64,000 nt of DNA from Deinococcus sp. (GCA_965261005.1 OZ253375.1:736001-800000); one strand, 5' to 3'; shown: positions 37,501-47,496, counted from the stretch's first letter. Program-made: numbers and translations. Notes: generated by a model not told the origin, from the sequence alone.

Positions 37501-38300
37501 TGGCCACTTTTTTTCGGGAAAACCTCTTACAGGGCCAGCACGCCCTGATCACCGGCGGCGGCAGCGGCATCAACCTGGGCATCGCCCAGGGGTTCGCCGC
37601 CCACGGCTGCGCCGTCACGCTGCTGGGGCGCAATTTGGAAAAGGCGAGTGGGGCGGCCGAGGGGATCATTGCTGAAGGTGGGCAGGCCCTCGGCGTGTCG
37701 GCCGACGTGCGCGACTTCGCGGCCATGCAGGCGGCAGTGCAGCAAGGGGTGGACGCGCACGGTCCCCTGGATATCGTGGTCTGCGGGGCAGCGGGCAACT
37801 TTCCGGCCCCGGTGGACGGTATCTCGCCGAACGGGTTTAAGAGCGTGGTGGACATCGACTTGCTGGGCACCTTTCACACCGTCAAGGCCGGCGCGCCCCA
37901 CCTGCGGCTGCCGGGGGCGAGCATCCTGGCCATCTCGGCCTACGGGATGCCGGTCCCCATGCAGGCGCACGTGGTCGCCGCCAAGGCGGGCGTGGACGCC
38001 CTGGTGAGGGTGCTGGCCGTCGAGTGGGGAGAACGCGGCGTGCGGGTCAACGCCATCATCCCCGGCCCCATTGACGGCACCGAGGGCATGCGCCGCTTAG
38101 CCCCGACGGGGGCAGCGCGCGAGGCGGTCGCGCGGGGCATTCCGCTGGGCCGCATGGGTGAAACCGGCGACGTCGCCAACTTGGCGCTCTTTCTGGTCTC
38201 GGGCGCGGCCGGCTTTATCACCGGCGCGGTCATTCCCTGCGACGGCGGCAGCCAACTGATGGGCGCGGGCGTGACGGCGCAGGCGTTCACGGCGCAGTAA
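37500..38300 (+). CDS. SDR oxidoreductase (2,4-dienoyl-CoA reductase-like)
   Basis: [41 protein letters not shown]. Confidence 0.88.
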   Translation: MATFFRENLLQGQHALITGGGSGINLGIAQGFAAHGCAVTLLGRNLEKASGAAEGIIAEGGQALGVSADVRDFAAMQAAVQQGVDAHGPLDIVVCGAAGNFPAPVDGISPNGFKSVVDIDLLGTFHTVKAGAPHLRLPGASILAISAYGMPVPMQAHVVAAKAGVDALVRVLAVEWGERGVRVNAIIPGPIDGTEGMRRLAPTGAAREAVARGIPLGRMGETGDVANLALFLVSGAAGFITGAVIPCDGGSQLMGAGVTAQAFTAQ

Positions 38301-38350
38301 TTCAAGACTTCACCGACGTCCGGGCGCTATAAGCTGGCCCCCATGCCCCC

Positions 38351-40738
38351 ATGCCCCCACGCCTGACCGACTTCACGACCGACCAAACCCTGCTGCACGC
38401 CTGGGGCGCCAGCGACGCCCTGGAAGTCTCCATTCCGCACGAGGGCGTCTTGCGCGTCCGCCACGCGCCCGGCGCGCGGCTGCTGTCGCTCACGTATCCG
38501 CGTTTGCCCGAAAAGCGCTCGTTCGCGGTGGTGGGCGGCGAGTCGCAAGCGCTCACGGTGACGCGCCAGGACGACGTGTTGCGTATTTCAGGCGGCGGGC
38601 TGCGGCTGGATCTGAGCTTGACGGACGGGCTGTGGCAAGCCTACGACGCGGACGGGCACAGCCTCGCGCGGGCGACCGAGGTGCGCGCCGACCCGGCCAG
38701 TTTGCGGCGGAGGACCGGCTTCAGCTTACACGCTCCTCCGGGGGCGGCCTACCTGGGCTTCGGCGAGAAGGTGGGCGGTTTTGATAAGCGCGGGCTGCGC
38801 TTCACCTTTTGGAACACCGACCACTTTCCGCACCACACCGACTCGGACCCGCTCTACGCCTCGGTTCCCTTTTGCACGGTGCTGGACGGCGGGCGCGCGG
38901 CGGGGCTGTTTCTCGACGAGACGTGGCGCACCGAGGTGGACGTGGCGAACCTCGACCCGGAAACGCTGTCGTGGTCGAGCGCCGGGCCGGAGCTGGACCT
39001 CTACCTGATCGCCGGCCCCGGCCCGGCGGACGTGCTGCGGCGCTACACCGACCTGACCGGGCGCACGCCCCTGCCGCCGCTGTGGTCCCTGGGCTACGTG
39101 CAGTCGCGCTGGGGCTACGAAAACGAGGACGACGTGCGCGCCGTGATCGGGGGCTTCCGGTCGCGCGACCTGCCGCTCGACGCCATCTGCGTGGACATCG
39201 ACTACATGGACGCCTACAAGGTCTTCACCTGGGACCCGCAGCGCTTTCCCGACCCGGCCGGCCTGATGGCGGAGGCGGCGGAACGCGGCGTCCAACTGGT
39301 CCCGATCATAGACCCCGGCGTGAAGGTGGAAAGCGGCTACCCCGTCTACGAGGAGGCCGAGCGCGAAGGGTACCTGGTCCGCAACTCGCGCGGCAGCACC
39401 CTGGTCGGCGAGGTGTGGCCGAGGCCGGCGGTCTTTCCCGACTTCACCCGGCCGGAGGTGGTGAATTGGTGGGCGGGGCACTTCTCGGCCTTTGCCGCCG
39501 CCGGCGTCCACGGCGTTTGGAACGATATGAACGAGCCGAGCTGCTTCACGGTCCTCAACGTCGAGAGCGACCTCGGCGAGGTCGAGCGCAGCGTCGGCGC
39601 CATCGAGGGCAAGACGCTGCCTTACGACGCCCGCCACGGCAAGAGGCGCCACTTGGAGGTCCACAACGCCTACAACCTGGGCATGAACGAGGCGGCGCGG
39701 CTGGGCTTTTTGCGCGCCCACCCCAACAGGCGCCCCTTTTTAATCAGCCGCTCTGGCTTCGCGGGCCTTCAGCGCTACGGCGCCCTGTGGACCGGCGACA
39801 ACACCAGCGCTTGGTCCCACCTGCGCCTCTCGGTTCCCATGCTGCTGGGGCTGGGGCTGTCGGGCCTGGCCCACTGCGGCGCGGACGTGGGCGGCTTTCT
39901 GGGCGACGCGAACGGCGAGCTGCTGGCGCGCTGGACGCAGCTGGGGGCGTTTTACGCCTTTATGCGCAACCACTCGGCGGCCGGCACCCGCGACCAAGAG
40001 CCGTGGCGCTTTGGCGAGGAGGTGCTGAACGCGGCGCGCGGCGCCATCCAGATGCGCTACCGCCTGCTGCCCACGCTGTACACGCTGATGTGGGAAGCGG
40101 GCAGAAGCGGCCTGCCCCCCATGCGCCCGCTGGCGCTGCATTACCCCCAGGACGCGGACGCCCTGCGCGAGGACGGCGTCTTTTTGTTCGGCGAGGATGT
40201 ATTGGTCGCGCCCGTGCTGGGAAGTGGGGCGCAAAAGCGGCTCGCCTACCTGCCCCAAGGGCACTGGCTGGAACTGTTCAACCTGCCGCTCAATGTGGCG
40301 GTGGCCGGGCAAATTCACGAGGGCGGGCAGTCCGTGGTGGCGCACGCCGACTTGGGCACCGTGCCGGTCTACCTGCGCGCCGGGGGCGCCGTCGCCCTGA
40401 CGGACAGCGCGCCGCATACCGGGGAGGCCAACTGGCCGGTTCTCACGTGGCACGTCCACGCCGCCGATCAGGTCACGGGCACGCTCTACGAGGACGCGGG
40501 TGACGGATACGGCCCCGCCCGCGTGACGAAGTTGCGCGGCGAGCAGGAGGGTGGAACGTTGCGCCTGACGCGCGAGGTGACGGGCGACCTGCCCGCCGGG
40601 CGGGATACGGAGACCTTGTTTGTTTATGGTCTGGAGGGAACAGAAAGCGTCTCAGGCGCAACCTCCTGGGCCTTTCAGGGCGGCGCGCTGCGGCTGGAGG
40701 TAGCGGCCGATTGGCGTGACATCGAGATTGTGAGCTGA
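38351..40738 (+). CDS. Glycoside hydrolase family 31 (alpha-glucosidase-like)
   Basis: QSRWGY, DIDYMD, nucleophile WNDMNEPS, WTGDN, GADVGGF, FMRNH. Confidence 0.94.
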   Translation: MPPRLTDFTTDQTLLHAWGASDALEVSIPHEGVLRVRHAPGARLLSLTYPRLPEKRSFAVVGGESQALTVTRQDDVLRISGGGLRLDLSLTDGLWQAYDADGHSLARATEVRADPASLRRRTGFSLHAPPGAAYLGFGEKVGGFDKRGLRFTFWNTDHFPHHTDSDPLYASVPFCTVLDGGRAAGLFLDETWRTEVDVANLDPETLSWSSAGPELDLYLIAGPGPADVLRRYTDLTGRTPLPPLWSLGYVQSRWGYENEDDVRAVIGGFRSRDLPLDAICVDIDYMDAYKVFTWDPQRFPDPAGLMAEAAERGVQLVPIIDPGVKVESGYPVYEEAEREGYLVRNSRGSTLVGEVWPRPAVFPDFTRPEVVNWWAGHFSAFAAAGVHGVWNDMNEPSCFTVLNVESDLGEVERSVGAIEGKTLPYDARHGKRRHLEVHNAYNLGMNEAARLGFLRAHPNRRPFLISRSGFAGLQRYGALWTGDNTSAWSHLRLSVPMLLGLGLSGLAHCGADVGGFLGDANGELLARWTQLGAFYAFMRNHSAAGTRDQEPWRFGEEVLNAARGAIQMRYRLLPTLYTLMWEAGRSGLPPMRPLALHYPQDADALREDGVFLFGEDVLVAPVLGSGAQKRLAYLPQGHWLELFNLPLNVAVAGQIHEGGQSVVAHADLGTVPVYLRAGGAVALTDSAPHTGEANWPVLTWHVHAADQVTGTLYEDAGDGYGPARVTKLRGEQEGGTLRLTREVTGDLPAGRDTETLFVYGLEGTESVSGATSWAFQGGALRLEVAADWRDIEIVS

Positions 40739-40755
40739 GTTTGAAGGAGGGCTTC

Positions 40756-41955
40756 ATGCGGCGGTACCTTGAAGGGGTGACCGCCACGTTCGATGCACCC
40801 GCCCGCTTTGTCACAGCGGCCTTTGACGCCTTGTCCGCCAACGTGGCGATTTTGGACGAGGACGGCGTGATCGTGGCGGTGAACCGCGCTTGGCGCACCT
40901 TTGCTCGGGAAAACGGCGCCCACGCCAACGGCGGCGACGACACCGGGCAGAACTACCTGGCGGTGTGCGAGGCGACGACCGGGCCGGACGGCGAGTACGC
41001 GCGCGGCATCGCGACTGGCATTCGCGCGGTGCTGGCCGGCCGCGAACAGCTGTTCGAGCTGGAGTATCCCTGCCACGCGCCGCACGAGCCGCGCTACTTC
41101 CTGGCGCGCGTCACCGCCTTTGTCCAAGACGGCGGGCGCTTCGCGGTGGTCGCGCACGAAAACGTCACCCGCCGCAAGCTGGCCGAGCTGGAGTTGCAAA
41201 AGCTCAACCGCACCCTGGAGGCCCACGTCGCGGCGCGCACGGCCGAACTCGCCGCCAAAAATACCGAGTTGGAAGCGTCCAACCGCGAACTCGCCCAGTT
41301 CGCCTACGTCGCCTCGCACGATCTGCAAGAGCCGTTGCGCACGGTGGGCAGCTTCGCCGACCTGCTGCGGCGGCGCTACACGGGGCAGCTCGACGACCAG
41401 GCCGACGTGTACCTGAACCACATCGGCGAGGGGGTCGGGCGCATGCGGCGCCTGATTCACGATCTGCTCTCGCTGGCGCGGGTGGACGGCGAACCGCTGC
41501 ACGGCGACCTCGACGTGGGGGCGCTGTTTCAGGAGATGTGCCTGGACATGCCAGCCCTGCGCGGCGCCCGGGTGGAGCTTTTGCCCGCGCCGCCCGCCCA
41601 CGCCAACCGCGCCCAAGTCGCCCAAGTGCTGATCAACCTGCTGGGCAACGCGGCCAAATTCCGCTCGGAAGAGCCGCTGCACGTCTCGTTTGGGGGCTGG
41701 TGCGAGGGCGAGATGGCGCACTACGTCCTGCGCGACAACGGCATCGGCATCGCGCCCGAACACCTGGAGCGCATCTTCGGCATGTTCCAGCGGCTGCACG
41801 GCCGCGCCCGCTTCGACGGCAACGGCATCGGCCTGGCCATCTGCCAAAAGATCGTCGAGCGCCACGGCGGCCGAATCTGGGCCGAATCCGGGGGGGTCGA
41901 ATCCGGAGAGGCTGGGGGCAGCGCCTTTCACTTCACGCTGCCCGCCGCCCACTGA
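40756..41955 (+). CDS. Cytoplasmic PAS sensor histidine kinase
   Basis: PAS (VAVNRAW..F, LEYPCHAP), FAYVASHDLQEPLR, NLLGNAAKF, DNGIGI, GIGLAIC; AAGGAGG RBS. Confidence 0.9.
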   Translation: MRRYLEGVTATFDAPARFVTAAFDALSANVAILDEDGVIVAVNRAWRTFARENGAHANGGDDTGQNYLAVCEATTGPDGEYARGIATGIRAVLAGREQLFELEYPCHAPHEPRYFLARVTAFVQDGGRFAVVAHENVTRRKLAELELQKLNRTLEAHVAARTAELAAKNTELEASNRELAQFAYVASHDLQEPLRTVGSFADLLRRRYTGQLDDQADVYLNHIGEGVGRMRRLIHDLLSLARVDGEPLHGDLDVGALFQEMCLDMPALRGARVELLPAPPAHANRAQVAQVLINLLGNAAKFRSEEPLHVSFGGWCEGEMAHYVLRDNGIGIAPEHLERIFGMFQRLHGRARFDGNGIGLAICQKIVERHGGRIWAESGGVESGEAGGSAFHFTLPAAH

Positions 41956-42051
41956 CCCGCCCGTCCTTGCCCGCCGCCCGCTGACCCGCCCACTACATAT
42001 GTGTAAGCTCTTTTCCGTTCGTTCACGGCCGCGCGGTTACAATGTCGCGAT

Positions 42052-42510
42052 ATGCGCCGCAGCCAACCCATCGAAATCCTCTTGGTCGAGGACAACCCCG
42101 GCGACGTGCTTCTCACGCGCGAAGCCTTTCAGGAAGCCAGCATTCGCAACAACTTGTCGGTCGCCGAGGACGGCGAACAGGCGCTGCGCTTTTTGAAGCG
42201 CGAAGGCGAGTACGCGGGCGCCCCGCGCCCGGACATTATCTTGCTCGACCTCAACATGCCGCGCATGAGCGGCCACGAGATGCTGAACGTCCTCAAGCAG
42301 GACCGTGAGTTGCGCGCCATTCCGGTGGTGATTCTGACCACCAGCGACCATGAGCAGGACATCATCCGCTCGTACGAGCAGTACGCCAACTGCTACATCT
42401 GCAAGCCCACCGGCTTTGAAGACTTCTTTTCGGTGGTGCGCTCGGTGGAGAACTTCTGGCTGAACACCGCGCAGCTGCCGCCGCATACGGAACGGGCGCG
42501 CGAAGGGTAA
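42052..42510 (+). CDS. Single-domain response regulator (Rcp1-like)
   Basis: LLVEDNPGD, LLDLNMP, VVILTTS, ANCYICKP, ENFW. Confidence 0.92.
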   Translation: MRRSQPIEILLVEDNPGDVLLTREAFQEASIRNNLSVAEDGEQALRFLKREGEYAGAPRPDIILLDLNMPRMSGHEMLNVLKQDRELRAIPVVILTTSDHEQDIIRSYEQYANCYICKPTGFEDFFSVVRSVENFWLNTAQLPPHTERAREG

Positions 42511-42546
42511 CCCCCCACCCCGGCCCTCCCCCTCAAGGGGGGAGGG
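42511..42546. repeat. C-rich/G-rich REP-like hairpin between convergent genes
   Basis: CCCCCCACCCCGG-CCCTCCCCC-TCAAG-GGGGGAGGG. Confidence 0.55.
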
Positions 42547-42570
42547 AGAACGGCGCGAATCCTGGCCGCT

Positions 42571-43515
42571 TTACCCTGGGTTGTTCAGAAGCGCCGCCTC
42601 TTTCTCCGGCGTCAGGCCGAAGTCGTTCATGGGCCGCTCCGTTTCGCGCACCCAAGCCAGCAGGTCGCGCACGCTGTCGGGCAGGGGGCGGCGCGTCAGG
42701 CCCTGGCTGAGCGCCCGAGCGTCCGGGGCGCGCATGGCCCCCGCCCAGCCCTCGCCGGCCAGCGGCAGCGCGACGCCTTGGGCCTCCATGGCCGCGTCGC
42801 CCCGCCACACGACCTCGGCGGCGCGGCCCCCCGCCTTCCGCACGGCGCCCAGCACCTCGCCCCAGGTCAGGTGTTCGCCCACCGCGTTGAAGGTGCCCGG
42901 CACGTCCCGCTCCACCAAGCGCACCACGAAGGCGGCCAGGTCGCGCGTGTCAATCACCTGAAACGGCCTTTCCGGCGAGCCGATCATGGGAAACGTCTCC
43001 TTGTCGGCGAGGTTCCTGGCCCAAAAGGTGAAGCGGTCGGTGTGGTCATGTGGCCCCACGACCAGGCCGGGCCGCACAACAGTTGATCGGTCGCCGTAGA
43101 CTTCGCGCACCACCCCCTCGCAGAGCACCTTGAGGCCGCCGTAGGTCTCCCCCGTCACGGTTTCCACGCCGGGATCGGCGAGTTGGGCGAGCGGCGCGTC
43201 CTCGTCCTGGCCGTCCGCGTACACCGAGATGGTCGAGATAAAGAGGTAACGCTTCACCGCCCCGACCAACAACTCGGCGCTGTGCCGGACCACGCGCGGC
43301 AGGTAGCCCGACACGTCAATCGCGGCGTCCCAAGTGCGACCCTTCAGCGCGCCGAGGTCGCCGTCACGGTCGCCGCGCAGCCGCTCGACCACGCGCGGCA
43401 AATCGTCCCCGCGCTGCCCGCGCGTGAAGACGCTGACCAGGTGGCCGCGCGCCACGGCCTCCAGCACGATGGCCCGGCCGACGAACTGCGTTCCGCCCAA
43501 CACCAGAAGGTTCAT
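42571..43515 (-). CDS. NAD-dependent epimerase/dehydratase family protein
   Basis: VLGGTQFVG, FISTISVY, YGGLK, RPGLVVGP. Confidence 0.9.
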   Translation of the reverse strand: MNLLVLGGTQFVGRAIVLEAVARGHLVSVFTRGQRGDDLPRVVERLRGDRDGDLGALKGRTWDAAIDVSGYLPRVVRHSAELLVGAVKRYLFISTISVYADGQDEDAPLAQLADPGVETVTGETYGGLKVLCEGVVREVYGDRSTVVRPGLVVGPHDHTDRFTFWARNLADKETFPMIGSPERPFQVIDTRDLAAFVVRLVERDVPGTFNAVGEHLTWGEVLGAVRKAGGRAAEVVWRGDAAMEAQGVALPLAGEGWAGAMRAPDARALSQGLTRRPLPDSVRDLLAWVRETERPMNDFGLTPEKEAALLNNPG

Positions 43516-43536
43516 GGACGCATTTGACCACACCCC

Positions 43537-44187
43537 TCAAACGAAGCCCAGAAAAGTCCCCAACCGCGCGTCCTCGAAGTCGGGCACGACCAGCGCCGCG
43601 CCGGCCTCCACAAGCGCCCCGGCGGGATGGCCGGTCGTGAGGCCCACCGTCCGGATGCCCGCCGCCACCGCCGAGCGCACGCCCGAGGGCGAGTCCTCGA
43701 AGGCGACCGCCTCGTCCGCCCCCACCTTCAGCAGGCGCAGCGCCTCTTGGTAAGGGTCCGGCCAAGGCTTGCCGCGCGGCAGGTGCCCCGCCAGCACCAC
43801 CCGCGCGAAGTGCGCCCGAATGCCCAGCGCCTCCAGCACAAAGGCGGCGTTCTCGCCGGGCGCGTTGGTGACCAGGGCCAAGGGTACCCCCCGCCGGGCG
43901 GCCTCCTCAAGCAGTGGCAGGGCGCCCGCGATGGGCGGCAAGTGCAGCGCCGCCTCGCGAAAGGCGGCCTCCTTGGCGTCCACGAACAGGGCGCCCTCCG
44001 CCTCGCTCAGCTGTGGCAGCACGTCGCGCACGATGTCGGGGTTCAGCCGCCCGCTGACGCGCTCGCGGTAAAACGCCTCGTCAATTGGCAGGCCGTGGTC
44101 CGCCAAGGCGCGCTGCCACGCCAGGAAGTGGAGGGGATCGGTGTCGGCCAGGGTGCCGTCGAGGTCGAACAGAAGGGCGCGCAACAT
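43537..44187 (-). CDS. HAD-superfamily phosphatase (CbbY/BPGM-like)
   Basis: FDLDGTLAD, VTNA, GKPWPDPY, FEDSPSG. Confidence 0.92.
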   Translation of the reverse strand: MLRALLFDLDGTLADTDPLHFLAWQRALADHGLPIDEAFYRERVSGRLNPDIVRDVLPQLSEAEGALFVDAKEAAFREAALHLPPIAGALPLLEEAARRGVPLALVTNAPGENAAFVLEALGIRAHFARVVLAGHLPRGKPWPDPYQEALRLLKVGADEAVAFEDSPSGVRSAVAAGIRTVGLTTGHPAGALVEAGAALVVPDFEDARLGTFLGFV

Positions 44188-44214
44188 GAGGGCAGCATAC
44201 GGGTTACGGGTTGG

Positions 44215-44778
44215 CTACAGCTCGCCCCCGTAGCGGCCCAGCAGTACGCCGGCCACGAACACCAAGGCGCCCCCCAGAATGACCTGCACGATGGTTCGCC
44301 CGAGGGGCGTCCCCATGTAGCGGAAGCGGATGTAGGCGATGGCCAGCAACTCGACCACCACGACGGCGTAGGCGAGGTAGAGGGCCGTCTGCAAGTTGGA
44401 AAGCAAAAAGGGCAGGGTGTGCAGCATGCCGCCCAGCAGGGTCGCGAGGCCGGTGATGGCGCCGCGCAGGTAAGGGTGGCCGCGCCCGCTCACCACGCCG
44501 TCGTCGGAAAGCGCCTCCGCCAGGCCCATGCTGATGCCCGCGCCTACCGAGGCGGCCAGACCCACCACAAAGGCCGTCATGGGCTTGCCGGTCAGGGTGG
44601 CGGTCGCGAAGATGGGCGCCAGGGTCGAGACCGAGCCGTCCATCAGGCCCAGCAAGGCGGGCTGCACGACTTGCAGCACGAAGCGCTGCTCGTCGGTGTG
44701 CGGCCGGAGGTCCGTTTGAGGCAGCGTCAATTGGTCCGTTTCGGGCGGGTTGGTGTTGACCGGGTCCGGCGGCGTCAT
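44215..44778 (-). CDS. VIT1/CCC1-family membrane protein (MbfA C-terminal-like), probable Fe/Mn exporter
   Basis: [44 protein letters not shown]. Confidence 0.88.
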   Translation of the reverse strand: MTPPDPVNTNPPETDQLTLPQTDLRPHTDEQRFVLQVVQPALLGLMDGSVSTLAPIFATATLTGKPMTAFVVGLAASVGAGISMGLAEALSDDGVVSGRGHPYLRGAITGLATLLGGMLHTLPFLLSNLQTALYLAYAVVVVELLAIAYIRFRYMGTPLGRTIVQVILGGALVFVAGVLLGRYGGEL

Positions 44779-44987
44779 GCCGCAGCTTAACAGGAATGAT
44801 TCTCAACAAGTAAAGTGGGAAGCGGTTGCCCTGTTGCCCTTCCAAGAGGTCGGACAGGCGGAATGAGGCCGGCGCAGAAGTGTCCTGCTTCTCGGTCTGC
44901 TGCGCCCTGCGCCGGTACTCCATCATCGCCGCGCTTCCTGAACACAGGGGACTCGATTCACCAGTGCCCGTGAACGAGGTCCATCTG

Positions 44988-46205
44988 TTATTCGGCCGCA
45001 AAGCGCAACGTGAACAGCGCCCCGCCCTCGGCATGGTTGCCCGCCTCGATGTGCCCGCCCTGCGCCTCGACGAGCGCGCGTGCGATGGACAGGCCCAAAC
45101 CTGACCCAGCCCGCTCCAGTCCGGCCCGGCCCGCCGCGTCCCGACCGCGCGCGGCGTCGGCGCGGTAAAAGCGCTCGAAGGCTTTTGAGAGCGCCTCGGC
45201 GCTGAGGCCGGGGCCGTGGTCGCGGACCCACAGCGTCACCTCCTCGCCCAAGCCTGCCGCCGCGCCCAGCTCGATGTCGCCGCCGGCGTAGGCGAGGGCG
45301 TTGTCGAGCAGGTTGTGCAGCACCTGAATCAGGCGGTCGGGATCGGCCACGAGGGGGAGGGATGACGCGGGAAGCGTCAGGTGCAGGCGCGCCCCGGCCC
45401 GCTCGGCGCGCGGGCGGTAGTTCTCGGCCACGCCGCGCAGAATCTCGTTCAGGTCGAGCTTGACAGGGTGCAGCGACAGCGCGCCGCCCTCGGCCAAAGA
45501 TAAGGTCCGCAGGTCGTCCACCAGGCGGGCCAGCAGCAGCACCTCGCCGTGCAGCCGCGACAAGCCGCCCTCATCCGGGGCGCTGAGGCCGTCCTGCATC
45601 GCCTCGATCTCGGCGCGCATGACCGCCAGGGGGGTGCGCAAATCGTGGGCCACGTCGGCGACCAGGGCGCGGCGCCAAGCTTCCTGACGCTCCAAGCTTT
45701 CCACGAAGCTGTTAAAGGTCAGGGTCAAATCGCGCAGCTCATCGTCGCGCGGCGGCACGGGCAAACGGACGCCGCGCTCGCCGCGCTCCAAGAGGCGCGC
45801 CCCGTCTGCGAGGCGCACCAGGGGCCGGGTCAATTGGCGGGTCACGAAGGCGGCGACCAGGGCCGCCAGCAAGGCCGACAGGCCCGCCGACAGCGCGGCC
45901 CCGCGCAGAATGGCGCGGCCCCCCTCGCGCGCCGCGTTGCGAAAGGCCTCACGGGTGGACTCGTCCAGGCTTTGCCACCACGCCGCCCCGGCCTCGCCGC
46001 CGAGGGGTCCCGTCAACGGCGACCCGGCCGGCGAGGTCACCTGACCCAGGACCTGAAAGGCGCTCGACACCGTGATCCACGAGGTAAACAGCACCGCCAG
46101 CAGCGCCACCAGGGCGAAGCTGCGCGTCAGCCGCGCGCGCAAGCCCGAGCGGCGCCGTCTTGTGTAAACACGGCGCCTGTCCCGCCAACGGGCACGCCGG
46201 CTCAT
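44988..46205 (-). CDS. Membrane HAMP sensor histidine kinase (BaeS-like)
   Basis: Two TM helices, HAMP, DVAHDLRTPL, NLLDNA, DHGPG, GSGLGL. Confidence 0.92.
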   Translation of the reverse strand: MSRRARWRDRRRVYTRRRRSGLRARLTRSFALVALLAVLFTSWITVSSAFQVLGQVTSPAGSPLTGPLGGEAGAAWWQSLDESTREAFRNAAREGGRAILRGAALSAGLSALLAALVAAFVTRQLTRPLVRLADGARLLERGERGVRLPVPPRDDELRDLTLTFNSFVESLERQEAWRRALVADVAHDLRTPLAVMRAEIEAMQDGLSAPDEGGLSRLHGEVLLLARLVDDLRTLSLAEGGALSLHPVKLDLNEILRGVAENYRPRAERAGARLHLTLPASSLPLVADPDRLIQVLHNLLDNALAYAGGDIELGAAAGLGEEVTLWVRDHGPGLSAEALSKAFERFYRADAARGRDAAGRAGLERAGSGLGLSIARALVEAQGGHIEAGNHAEGGALFTLRFAAE

Positions 46206-46873
46206 CCCCGCAGCCTGTAGCCCACGCCGCGCACCGTTTCCAGGTTCGCGCCGCACGCGCCCAGCTTGCGGCGCACATTCTTGACGTGGGCGTCCACAGT
46301 GCGCTCGTCGGTGCCGCGCGTGAGGCCGCCGAGGGCCGAGAGCAATTCACTGCGCCCGCGCACCTGGCCGGGAGCACGCGCCAAGGCGGAGAGCAGGCGC
46401 AGTTCGCCGGCCGTCAGATCGAGCAGTTCGCCGCCGCAGCGCGCCTCGAAGGCGGCGAGGTCGAGTTCAAGTTCCCCTACCCGCAGCAAACCGGGAACGC
46501 TGGGCTGGCCCTGCGCGCGCCGCAGCACCGCCTTCACGCGCGCCACCACCTCGCGCGGGCTGTAGGGCTTGACCACGTAGTCGTCGGCGCCAATGCCGAG
46601 GCCCACCAAGCGGTCCACCTCCTCGTCGCGGGCGGTCAGCATGATGATGGGCAAGTCCGACTCCGCGCGCACGCGCCGCGCCACCTCGATGCCGTCCAGG
46701 CCCGGCAGCATCAAGTCGAGCAGCATCAAGCTGGGCCGGGCCGCGCGCCACAGCTCCAAAGCGCGCGGCCCGGTCGCGGCGCGCTCGGTGTGATAGCCCT
46801 CGCGCCGCAAATACTGCTCTAAAATGTCCGCCAGGCGCGGCTCGTCCTCGACGATCAGAATGGTCTCGGCCAT
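46202..46873 (-). CDS. OmpR/BaeR-family response regulator
   Basis: IVEDE, LLDLMLP, GADDYVVKP, RTVDAHVKNVRRKL, TVRGVGY; ATG 6 nt after TACCAT. Confidence 0.93.
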   Translation of the reverse strand: MAETILIVEDEPRLADILEQYLRREGYHTERAATGPRALELWRAARPSLMLLDLMLPGLDGIEVARRVRAESDLPIIMLTARDEEVDRLVGLGIGADDYVVKPYSPREVVARVKAVLRRAQGQPSVPGLLRVGELELDLAAFEARCGGELLDLTAGELRLLSALARAPGQVRGRSELLSALGGLTRGTDERTVDAHVKNVRRKLGACGANLETVRGVGYRLRG

Positions 46874-46895
46874 AGGGGGATGGTAGAGCGCGAGA

Positions 46896-46930
46896 AGGTG
46901 GAGCGTGGATTTTTCGTCCACGCTCCACCT
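46896..46930. terminator. 14-bp perfect hairpin between the SHOCT gene and the response regulator
   Basis: AGGTGGAGCGTGGA-TTTTTCG-TCCACGCTCCACCT; no U-tract after the stem. Confidence 0.5.
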
Positions 46931-46939
46931 CCCACACGC

Positions 46940-47371
46940 TTACTCCAGCGCCTTTTTCAGCGTCTCGAACTCCGAGGCCGTGATTTCGCCCTTTGCCAGG
47001 CGCTCACGGGCCAGGTCCATCGCGCGGTCGCCGAAGAACTTGTCCTTGCCGCGCCGCAGGTCGTCGAACACCGAGCCATTGTCTTCCTGCTCCTCTGGAC
47101 CCTGCCCCTGCGCCCCGCCGGAGGTCCTTGCCATGCGGCGCCACTGCTGAAAACGCCGGCGACGGCCATTGCGGAAGAACAGAAAGCCGCCGACGATCAG
47201 CAGCAGCGGCAACAAAAAGCCGGGGCCGCCGTGGTCGCGCCCGTAACCGGGGCCGTAGCCTTGGGGATACGGCGGGGCGGCGTAGCCCTGGAAGTACTGT
47301 GGGGCCGGGGCCGGCGCGTAGCTTTGTGCGGGGGCCGCGCTGGCGGCGGGGTTGTTGATGATGACGTCCAT
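46940..47371 (-). CDS. SHOCT-domain single-TM protein
   Basis: Pro/Gly/Tyr-rich N-terminus, one TM, C-terminal LARERLAKGEITASEFETLK; AGGAG RBS. Confidence 0.85.
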   Translation of the reverse strand: MDVIINNPAASAAPAQSYAPAPAPQYFQGYAAPPYPQGYGPGYGRDHGGPGFLLPLLLIVGGFLFFRNGRRRRFQQWRRMARTSGGAQGQGPEEQEDNGSVFDDLRRGKDKFFGDRAMDLARERLAKGEITASEFETLKKALE

Positions 47372-47432
47372 TGTTGTCTCCTGGGCGGGAAGGAATCCAC
47401 TTCCTCGCCCAAGAGAGGCTAGGTCCGGGCGG

Positions 47433-47471
47433 GTGAAGGCCGGGGGGAGGCCGTGTGAAGCGGACGTGAAC
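47433..47471. promoter_or_regulatory. Four direct repeats at exact 11-bp spacing (putative OmpR/PhoB-family operator)
   Basis: GTGAAG 47433, GGGGAG 47444, GTGAAG 47455, GTGAAC 47466, between divergent -10 boxes. Confidence 0.55.
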
Positions 47472-47496
47472 GCCCTGTTGCTCTAAGCTGCCCCGC

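Noticed and set aside
44779..44987. Possible small gene (MEYRRRAQQ...) in ORF 44204..45034
   Set aside because: The frame runs on across the VIT1 gene without its own stop, and I recognise no motif
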